Source: Halocafeteria seosinensis (lineage: Eukaryota). Taken from it: a stretch of DNA of 64,000 bases. Location: contig LVLI01000143.1 of NCBI GenBank assembly GCA_001687465.1, positions 1 through 64,000 on the forward strand, written 5' to 3'. The translations under genes and the position numbers were made by a program. A model generated the notes under the pieces. The model made no database searches and had not been told where the DNA came from. It saw nothing but the letters and a program-made list of their open reading frames with translations. Positions 11,930-21,275 of this stretch are shown piece by piece (positions within the stretch are counted from its first letter, which is position 1; each line of letters starts with the position of its first letter).

Positions 11930-13287
11930 ATTCGTACAACCCGCTCAATAGCGATACCTGGAAATTGTCTCGCTGGAGAGAATAAAGCAAGAAAACTTTG
12001 ACCACAGGTTGATGGAGTTCGGAAGCTGCGCGCGAACAATAGGGTAGTGCGTTTACTGGCTCAACAAAAGCGTAATCTATATTACACTGGTGAGTCTTGA
12101 AACAGTCCAAAGAGCCAGATGTGGACCTGTAGTTTGCAAACCATGGTAGTGACAAAGTCAGCGAAATGGGTGCATTACGTAACTGCAACGTGATATACTA
12201 TGCTTTCCACTGACTGAATACTTTTGACATGTTCTGATTTTTATGTACTCTGTAATTTGGTTTTCAAGTGCATCCACCTTCAGGATCTGGGAGGCACAAT
12301 TACCGTAGTATGCATACACGGTTCTTGCAACAAGGCTGTCATAATTAAGGAGGGAAAAAAGCACATTTAGTTCCAAAGCCAACGATGTCGGCAGCTACAA
12401 CTCGGGACCTAGGGGTAAGAATGATGCAACGTTCAGGCATCGTGAAGCAAAGTCGCGGCGGCACTGCCTGAGCGTGGCAGGAAAATGCCTAAGATTAAGG
12501 AATGTTCGCGACACTCATGCCTAAACTGCTCATATAAGGTTCTCGAACAAAACGTATGTCCGCACTTGCTGACTTAAGCGATTGAGATATAGGAACTCAG
12601 CTGACTACACTACGCTACGTGCTGAGGCGAATCAAAATTATCTTGTATGGTTCACCAAGGGTGTAACCTGGTTTTTACAGCAGCTCTTCGGACAGTATGC
12701 ACTTGTTTGTCTTCACAGGAATGACTACCGGTACAGTACCCCGCGAGTCATGACTGACGGTTTGCTCCGCAACGAGCCTTGCACACCGCAAACTATACAA
12801 AATTGCATTGCGAGGCTTAATTTCGCAAGTATGAAACACCAAACGTGAAGCAATGAAAGTGTTGACGGGATCCACCGACGCAGTTGGCAGCTAGTTCCCT
12901 CTGGACGGAGGACAGAGGGTCCTACAGCCGGATTCGATGCACCTCAAAAATTGATTGTCGCAATGCAAACGACACGTATAGAGACGAAAAAAAGTTTGTC
13001 GCAATTACTGTCCAGGGTGCCAAAGGGGAGCTACTAGAGGCGTGTGGAAGACGGGAAAAGGGACAGCGGAGACAGAAGGAGGGCAAAACAGGAAGGGCAC
13101 CAGTTCTTGGATCATCAGCGCCAGCGGTGCACCGTGCACCGTGCATGGATTCGAGTTGAACCTCAAGAACATTTCCAACTGTTCTGGAACTTCAACAACA
13201 CACGAAGACGATTTCACAGCATTGTCTGATTTCGCAGCACTGTCTATAACACACTCAAGTCTTGAAGCAAGAACGCTCAAAACGAAC

Positions 13288-15060
13288 ATGCAAGCGAATC
13301 ACATCGAGGAGCAACTGCAAGAATCAAGCGAATACCGCTCAATGGCACAATCGCTTGATCTCCTCTATGCCAAATCTTGGCAATGCAAAACTTCACAGAC
13401 CGAAGAAGAATTCCTTCTATACTCCAGAAATGCTCCTGCCGCAGCTTTCGAAAACCCTTCCTACCATCATATCCTTGCGTTTGTATTCTCAAATGAAAAT
13501 AGCAGCAACTCGGAACAAAATGCAACAAAATTACAACAAGAAAGTAACCTCGCTCAGACGAGAGCACGTGAACGCAAGAAAAAGCAGTTACGAGAACAAT
13601 ACTTCGATCAACTACAAGCTCGCAAACGCCATATAAGCAACCTCTTGCAAAGCAATTCCTACAAATTACACTTCCATTCTATAGAAAAGTGCCTCGAATT
13701 TCTATTTCGGAAATCGTGGCATTGCAACACTTCACAAACAGATGAACAATTCCTTCATTATAGTAGAAACAATCCCAAGCAAGCATTCAATGATCCCGCT
13801 TACCGTCATTTGCTTGAGTTTGTATTCGGTACCGAAGACATTATTTATTCGGAACAAAATGTACAAAAACTACAACAGGAGAGCATACTCGCTAGGAAAC
13901 GAATCCTTGATCGCAGTAAGAGACAGTCGAGAGAACATTATTCAAACCAACTAGAGGCTCACAAACGACATATAAGGAAGTTACTACAAATCTCTGATCA
14001 ACAGTTTCACTCAATGGAAAAGGCCCTTGAGTTTCTATATCGCAAATCGTACCATTGCAACACTTCACAAATAGACGAACAGTTCCTTCATTATAGTAAA
14101 AACAATCCCAAGCAAGCATTCGATGATCCCGCTTACCGTCATTTGCTTGAGTTTGTATTCGGTACACAAGATGTCACTTATTCGGACGAAAGTGCACAAC
14201 AACTACAACGACAAAGCAAGCTCGCTAGCGTTCGAATTCTTCGTCGCAGTAAGCAAGAATGGGGAGAAGCCTATCCCGAGCAACTGAAGAGTCACAAACG
14301 ACATATAAGGAAGTTACTACAAATCTCTGATCAACAGTTTCACTCAATGGAAAAGGCCCTTGAGTTTCTATATCGCAAATCGTACCATTGCAACACTTCA
14401 CAAACAGACGAACAGTTCCTTCATTATAGTAGAAACAATCCCAAGCAAGCATTCGATGATCCCGCTTACCTTCATTTGCTTGAATTTGTATTCGGTACAC
14501 AAGATGTCACTTATTCGGAGGACAGTTCACAACAACTACAACGACAAAGCAAGCTCGCTAGCGATCGAATTCTTCGCCGCAGTAAGCAAGAATGGGGAGA
14601 AGACTATCCCGAGCGACTGAAGAGCCACAAACGACATATGAGCAATCTTTTATATAATACACGAGCAGCAAAACGGCATTGTCCTCACAAGTATCAGACC
14701 GCAAAGGAAACCTATGTTGACGGACTGATTGAACTTCACAGCAAAAATCAATATGTTCAACCTCGTGACTATGATGCCCTCGTCCGCGATATCCAACAAG
14801 ACTTCAGTCCTGCAAAAGCATTGGAATTTGCATGTCTTATCTGCGATTTACTCTACACAACATCTGAAGGAGACTGGACGCCCGTTCGGCAGTTGCTACA
14901 AAGCGATATACTCGACACTATGAAACATCATCTACATGCGAATGCTCTGACGCCGACACTTGATCCTTTGCTTCTCAATGACTATAACATCGTTCCGATC
15001 GTCATGCAGACGACATCCATTCCGCTTTCTGCGAGCCGGCCGTCTACTTCTAACAGGTAA
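13288..15060 (+). CDS. Intronless orphan protein with four ~111-aa tandem repeats
   Basis: ORF 13042-15060; the first in-frame ATG is at 13288. Repeat starts are at 13333, 13672, 14005 and 14338, with the motif 'F/Y-H/R-SxxxxLxxLxxKSWxCxTSQTxExFLxYSRNxPxxAFxxPxYxHxLxFVF'. Confidence 0.75.
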   Translation: MQANHIEEQLQESSEYRSMAQSLDLLYAKSWQCKTSQTEEEFLLYSRNAPAAAFENPSYHHILAFVFSNENSSNSEQNATKLQQESNLAQTRARERKKKQLREQYFDQLQARKRHISNLLQSNSYKLHFHSIEKCLEFLFRKSWHCNTSQTDEQFLHYSRNNPKQAFNDPAYRHLLEFVFGTEDIIYSEQNVQKLQQESILARKRILDRSKRQSREHYSNQLEAHKRHIRKLLQISDQQFHSMEKALEFLYRKSYHCNTSQIDEQFLHYSKNNPKQAFDDPAYRHLLEFVFGTQDVTYSDESAQQLQRQSKLASVRILRRSKQEWGEAYPEQLKSHKRHIRKLLQISDQQFHSMEKALEFLYRKSYHCNTSQTDEQFLHYSRNNPKQAFDDPAYLHLLEFVFGTQDVTYSEDSSQQLQRQSKLASDRILRRSKQEWGEDYPERLKSHKRHMSNLLYNTRAAKRHCPHKYQTAKETYVDGLIELHSKNQYVQPRDYDALVRDIQQDFSPAKALEFACLICDLLYTTSEGDWTPVRQLLQSDILDTMKHHLHANALTPTLDPLLLNDYNIVPIVMQTTSIPLSASRPSTSNR

Positions 15061-15069
15061 TTCTTGAAG

Positions 15070-15084
15070 GAGAGAGAGAGAGAG

Positions 15085-15137
<53 letters not shown>
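15070..15137. repeat. Compound microsatellite (GA)n(GT)n(GA)n
   Basis: Read directly; it begins about 10 bp after the stop codon of the repeat ORF. Confidence 0.97.
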
Positions 15138-16479
15138 TCTGTTCACACGCTGTGAAAGAAATTGCGTAACGCCCTGCGTCCGGGTAGTTGAGGGTAGGGT
15201 ACTGAAGTCTGGAGATCTGCATGCTTGTTGAGAGGCCAATGCAGTTGAGTGGTCGTCATTACATGTAGTGACGCAGCGGGTATGACCATTAAGTGTGAGA
15301 GTCTTTTGGGGTAAGACCGGAGGACTCCGATGGAGTCAACTTTTAACAGCTTGCGCTTGTTCCAAGATAGGTAGTCAACGCAGTTGAGTTTGCCATTCCT
15401 GATTCCTGATGCAACTTTGATACAAGGACGCATAAGCTTTTCTTACTCATACCAAAAGCTAACAATAAAGCAGGATGCGGCAGAAGTGCGTTGCGTAGCA
15501 ACGCAGTTCGGACGCCAACGAAGGCCAAAGTGTTTGGCAACAATGAGGAAGTCAGATGCCTCCCAAGTCAAAACAATACACCAGACAATAGTTCAGCTGT
15601 TGCTCCTCGCACCAGTTCCCGATGAACCCAAATTTTTGAAAAAAATGGGTGAAGGAGGGTCCTATTCCCGATGAAACCGACAGGTTGAAGAGGGTCCTAC
15701 CAGGAATTCGTGGTGGTGGTGGTCCAAAAAAAAATGATTGTTCGGTCACCCAACAAACTACAAAAAGCATGGCAAGAGGAACACGAAGGGGGCAAGGGGA
15801 GGCCAGGCAAAATATGGATGGCAACAAGCAAACGACAAAAGACATAGCAAGGGGAGAAGCGAGGGGAAGAGGGCAGTGGCGTTTTGGTGGGACTTAGGCG
15901 AAAACAGCAAACCAGGAGAAGAAAAGAAGTCGTCAGCTTACGGATGCAAAAGTTGATACAGGATAGCAATAGCAAGGAAGCAGGACATGGAAATGAATAT
16001 ATGTTACATTTGTCTGTTGTACGAACACAGCCCCACTGGGTGAAGAGAGTCCTGGATAAATTGTTTAGTCTCCAAGTGAACATGGTACCCACGAAAACGG
16101 TGGATTTGAGGGAGCGCCTCGCGCTCACGAAAAGACACCGGAGCTGGACCGGATGTGTGTGGTGTAGTAATATGTTGTCCACAAGTCTATACATAGAGAA
16201 AATCGTTCAGGTACTTCCACGGATCCCGCTGCACCCTGCAACGTGTCTGTAGTCGCGTAGCGTCACTGACCACACAGCACGTAGTAATCCGGTAGAGTTC
16301 AAACCCACTTCCCAAACAAATTATCTAGCAACTAACCCTTCATCGGGACCCCCTTCACGCGCCCCCGCGGGAAGGTACGTCATTTTCGGACCCCGTCCTG
16401 GTGGTGGTGGTGGTCATACATTGGAGCACGGCTCAAGGTACTCTGAGTCCCACCAGTTACTCTGAGTCCCTCAGAGCAG

Positions 16480-16935
16480 GCAGAGTAAGAGTAACCTCCG
16501 GAGGAGATTTTTTTTTTTTGAATAGAGCAAGAGTAACAGCGGTTAAGGGGTAGCTCTCAGCCTGAAGAGTAGGAGTATCTCGTCGAAGAACAGACGCCAA
16601 AGACTCAGAGTATGGGGCGCTAACAGCGGAAAACTAAAGAGTAAGAGTGTTGGGCAAATATTGAAAGAGTAGGAGTAGGTTGAACTAAGAGTGTCAGAGT
16701 AGGTATGTGAAGTAAGAGTAGGTTGAACTCAGACTCTCAGAGTAGGACTATGAGGACTCCATTGAGGAGTAAGAGTAGGTTGAACTTAGGGTGGAAGAGT
16801 AGGAGTATGAGGAGTAAGAGTAGGTTGAACTCGGAGAGAACAGAGTAGGAGTAAGTTGAACTAAGGGTGGAAGAGTAGGAGGAGTATAGGAGTAAGAGTA
16901 GGTTGAGCTCGGAGAACAGAGTAGGAGTAAGTGGG
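16480..16935 (+). repeat. Motif array A inside the TIR element (GAGTARGAGTA, often followed by GGTTGAACT)
   Basis: More than ten irregularly spaced copies, all on the same strand. Confidence 0.9.
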
Positions 16936-17179
16936 AGCGTCCCTCGACTCAGAGTGCGCACGTGACTCCGCATTTGCTCCCCAGTTTCCCCTACATGTAC
17001 ATGTGTATTGGTACTCCCAACAATTGTTTTGCCGCAATCTCGGAAATACACAACACTTCAAGAAATACAGTCGCTTATTCATATGACCTTGTTGATTGAG
17101 GGAAAAAAAAAACATTTTGCACAGGTAAGAGCAGCAGTCTTGTGGAAGTGTCACACTTCAGTTTCCGAGAAGAGTATAT

Positions 17180-17672
17180 CCGAGTGGGAGTATGTCCCTG
17201 ACAGACAAATCGAGGAGTGGGAGTATGTTCAACAGAATCACGGGAGTGGAAGTATGTCGCAAAGAGTGCCTTGGAGAGAAAATTCAAGGAGTGGGAGTAT
17301 GTTCAACACAATCACGGGGGTGGGAGTATGTTGCAGAGTGCCTTGGACAGACAATTCAAGGAGTGGGAGTATGTTTAACAGAATATGGGAGTGGGAGTAT
17401 GTCGCAAAGAGTGCCTTGGAGAGAAAATTCAAGGAGTGGGAGTATGTTCAACACAATCACGGGAGTAGGAGTATGTCGCAAAGAGTGCCTGGGACAGACA
17501 ATTCAAGGAGTGGGAGTATGTTCAACTGAACCAAGAGAGTGGGAGTGCGTTTGATTCTGTGAAGAGGATTTGTGAAGGAGTGGGAGTAGCTTGAGGTGAC
17601 GAAAGCACGATATCGAAGGAGTGGGAGTATGTTCGACCCGTCAGAGGGATATTACATGGGAGTAGGAGTAAT
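17180..17672 (+). repeat. Motif array B inside the TIR element (GGAGTGGGAGTATGT, higher-order unit of about 73 bp)
   Basis: About 14 copies spaced roughly 27-46 bp apart. The linkers alternate between TCAACACAATCACG and CGCAAAGAGTGCCTTGGAxAGAxAATTCAA types. Confidence 0.9.
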
Positions 17673-18280
17673 ACCTGTAGCTATTAACCCTTTAGGAAAA
17701 AGAGTCAGAGTACCAAAAAAATTTTTCGCTGCCGCGGGCCAGGGGTAGCGTTTGAGCCGTGCTCCAATGTATGAACAATTCGCACCATGCCTGTCCGCCC
17801 CCAGTTTACCGTTGGGTGGTGGGGGGATGAGAATTCCACAGAAAACAAGAATCCATACAGATCCCATGATTCCACCGCTTCTTCCCTTCCAAAATCCTGT
17901 CCATCTCTATCATTACACTAGTCTCCAAAGGAAGCACGTGTAATATGTCCAAGAGGACCCTTGGAAAGCAATTAATAGCGAGTATCCCGTTCCTTGCTCG
18001 GAGTTGCTTCCTCTGCGACGTCCAACAGATGCACACCAAATATTAGTGTTGTTGTTGTTGACGGTACCTGTCACTCCATGAAGACAATATAGCAGCATCG
18101 TTGATAAAGTTGTCGGTGGAATTTCGTGGGATCTGTCGTTCATAATAAGGCTTCTTCCCTTCCACTCCGCCCCCTTTTCCCCCCTGGAGCTCCCCCTTTT
18201 CATGGTATTTGACACATACACGCTTTTGTCAGCACAAGTTGGCGCCACTGACGTTGAGATTGTGCTCTCCCCGGGGTGTA

Positions 18281-20426
18281 ATGAGCGGTGAAAGAGCGTC
18301 ATGGCCCCCGTGGGGCCTGTATAAAGTGCTTTTGGCGGCTCTGGTGGGCCTGTGTTTCGATGGAAATGGCGTTCATGCGCTTCATTGCAAGCACGGATGC
18401 GGTAATCCTCAAGAGTACATCGACTTTTGTAAGCCCGTCGTCCGATTTCGATCGTGCCTGGCCATTCCACCGCCGCTGTATGAAGGAGGAAGATCGAGGA
18501 GGAGGAAGCCATCGGCGCGGGAACTCTACCCGTGGCATTTCCAGGACACCGCCGCCAAAGAGTACTACCACAAGGTAGTGAATGGGACGCAGCTGGAACT
18601 TCAGAAACAAGGTCTAGCCGCTCCTCAGCAACAGACGGGACCGATCGTCTCGAACAGCCGTGGAGAGAAGCGAATGCTGGGACCACCCGGTACCGTTGTC
18701 CCTCGAAATATTAGGAAAGTGTTGAGTGATAAATGCTTGAACAAACTCAAGACGTTTGCGTGTTATCGAGCGTTCCCCGCGTGTGAATTCTCCTCGGAAT
18801 ACAAGTTGCTATGTGCGCAAGCGTGTGAGGAATTGGAAGAATACTGCCCGAAAACAGTCACACGACGAACGTGCAGCTCATCGGAATTCGAAGCTGTGGA
18901 AAAGCTTGCTTCTCAGGAAGGACAAAGTTCTAAGAAGTCGCCCGAGCAGACGACGGGAACTGAAGCGACAGCTATTGGACAACAGGATTTCTCAGTGAAG
19001 AAAGTATCAGAAACGACTCGGCTGATACACCCTATTGCGCAATCGGTGAATTGCTTTTCTCTGAAATATCAAGGGCCCTCTTATTCTCTATGGGTCATTG
19101 GGTTTGGCATAAACTTAATATTCAGTTTCTTGGCTGCTTTGGGGATAAATATGCAGAAGCATAGCATGTATCAACACCAAAATAAAGGCAAGCCCCTATT
19201 CAGACAAAAGGTAAGTGGTTCAGATTTGTACTTCCTATTCGTGCTACTTTAATTGCCAGGGTACCGGTTCGCAGACATGGCTTATTGGAATGTGTCTTAT
19301 AAGTGCTGGGAGCATACTTGATTTCTTAGCATTTGGCTTAGCGCCCATGAGCTTGCTGGCGCCATTAGCTGCTCTGACCCTCGTGTGGAATATGATCCTG
19401 GCTCCCCAGTTCCATGGCGAGACGTTGACGCGGCAAAATATCATCGCTACTTCGTTGATTACATTTGGGGTTGTGGTCACAGTGATTTTTTCGTCCCACT
19501 CGACACCGTCGTATTCGCTTGGAGACTTGTTGACCCTGTAAGTGATTTTCCTCGGTGAAATTCAAATGTGCCAAAAGAGTCCAAAGGACCACCGTTTGAG
19601 TTTGAGTATCTTTTGATGAATCTTTCATGCATTGCGTGCTGCAGATATGAACGCCCTGCTATGATATACTACATGGTCGTCATTGGAGTTTTCCTCGTTT
19701 CCTTACTTGCCTTGTCGAACTACATTGAAAAGAACGAGTGGCTGCAAAATGGACTGGTGCAACTCCTATGCTATGGTGGACTTGGGGGAACGTTTGGAGG
19801 GCAAAGTGTATTATTCGCGAAATGCACTGTTGAACTTTTGAAAACTGCAATTCTAAATCCGGCGGTTGGTGCCCATGCATTCAAACAGTGGGAACCATGT
19901 ACGTACAGCTCGCTCAGTCACTCACTCATTGGATACTTCATTTTTTCAAAGCGATACGACGCTGTTCCTTGCAGATCTCATTATATTCGCCATGTGCTTC
20001 TCGTTATTCTGCCAAGTGACCTATCTGAATAAAGGCTTGCATGTCTTCAATGCCCTTCTTACGGTCCCCGTCTACCAGTCCTTCTGGATCGTTTCAAGTG
20101 TACTTGGCGGTCTTGTGTACTTTAAAGAGTGGGGCTACATGAGCAAAACAGAGGTGTATTGCTTCTTGCTTGGACTATCAGTGACTATAAGTGGCATTGT
20201 ATATTTGCTCCGGGCAAGATCTACGAGCAAATCAACAGACCAAGTTGTTTCGCGAGAAGGCAGGTCCGACTCAGCATATAGCGATTTAGGTGTTGGCATC
20301 GATTTTTCTGAAGAGGGTGTAGATGAAGCCAGTGGTGACAAAACCCAGCCCGTGCCAACTAAGACCCGTAGCCGAGATCCTGATATTGCAACAGGTGCGG
20401 AGATGCGACCGCTTCGTACATCATAG
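18281..20426 (+). CDS. NIPA/DUF803-family magnesium transporter with an N-terminal signal-like segment and a Frizzled-like cysteine-rich domain
   Basis: Exons 18281-19210, 19275-19537, 19645-19898 and 19975-20426 (GT..AG, frames consistent). NIPA motifs: 'GINMQKHS', 'WLIG...LDFLAFGLAPMSLLAPLAALTLVWN', 'YLNKGL...LTVPVYQSFW...GGLVYFKE'. CRD motif: 'CLNKLKTFACYRAFPAC...LCAQACEELEEYC'. Confidence 0.9.
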
Positions 20427-21275
20427 CGGTAGTACAGATACCTTGGAAAATGAACATCACTTCGAACCTCTCGGACTTGCGAATAAAAAAACCCACCCTC
20501 TGCAGAGGTTGATCCGTTCTTTACATGGACATCTCGAAAGAGGCTTATGCATATAGTGGAACTTATCAATGACCACATCTTCAGGACTTCCACCTTGTTT
20601 TTGCTGCTGTAACCTCGATATCAAGGACAACCAGCGATTAACTGAGTTTTCTTGATGACCAGCAAATCCGTGTAAGGAACAAGTTTTCACGGCCATTGTA
20701 TGTGGTAGAATGACGCAGAAAAGGCATCCAATGACCGCTTCAGCAAGTGCACACGCAATAGGGAATAGGAAGCAATACCGGTAAACTTGTAGACAAGAGC
20801 GCAAGCACCGTCCTGTCGAATGGGAGGTCGGCGGGTGAGCCCCTCCGTGAGCGTAGCTATTTGTATCAAGCGAGACACTTCAAATGTCAGGAACCCAAGA
20901 TGTGTTACTTCGGCCATTATCTAGAGTGCGCGCATATGTATGCAGGCAATCTTGGATGGGTTGTGAAGACGGCCCAGAAATTGTTATTCAATTCCTCCAA
21001 AATATGAAAGCTCGACTCCGGTGGTGACGAGTGAAGGCGGAAAGGCTCTTCCGATGCATTCCGCTCGTGCCTCGCAACTGGACAATGGACCCTATGCACG
21101 TTGTATACTACCATGAGTACAGTGTTGATGACCGAAACATAACAGTGAAGGAGTGCGTGTAAACAATGTATTCTTCCGAAGCACCGGTAAAGTGGGCGTC
21201 GGGCAGCTAGAGGAAGAAGGCAAGGTAAAGAAAAGCGTGGATGATTCACCCCCATTTCTCAAGCTATTAATAGCC

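Larger units (their letters stand above)
16419..17769. mobile_element. Non-autonomous TIR DNA transposon (MITE-like), probably Tc1/mariner-type with a TA target duplication
   Basis: TCATACATTGGAGCACGGCTCAA (16414-16436) is the exact reverse complement of TTGAGCCGTGCTCCAATGTATGA (17752-17774). This reads as TA|CATTGGAGCACGGCTCAA...TTGAGCCGTGCTCCAATG|TA. There is no transposase ORF, and the interior is filled with GAGTRRGAGTA motifs. Confidence 0.85.

Noticed and set aside
14932..15239. Minus-strand ORFs with HTHTHT/SLSL runs
   Set aside because: They are translations of the (GA)/(GT) microsatellite.
17180..17672. Regularly spaced GGAGTGGGAGTATGT resembling a CRISPR array, and the ORFs across it
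   Set aside because: The spacers are themselves repeated, the repeat is short and non-palindromic, no cas genes are present, and the array lies inside a TIR element in eukaryotic DNA. The ORFs are repeat artefacts.
17684..17695. TTAACCCTTTAG as a piggyBac end or telomeric seed
   Set aside because: Single occurrence with no matching partner end; it lies inside the element defined by the 23-bp inverted match.
17948..17965. Hairpin TCCAAG-AGGACC-CTTGGA as a Helitron 3' end
   Set aside because: Only a 6-bp stem, with no CTRR terminus at the expected distance.
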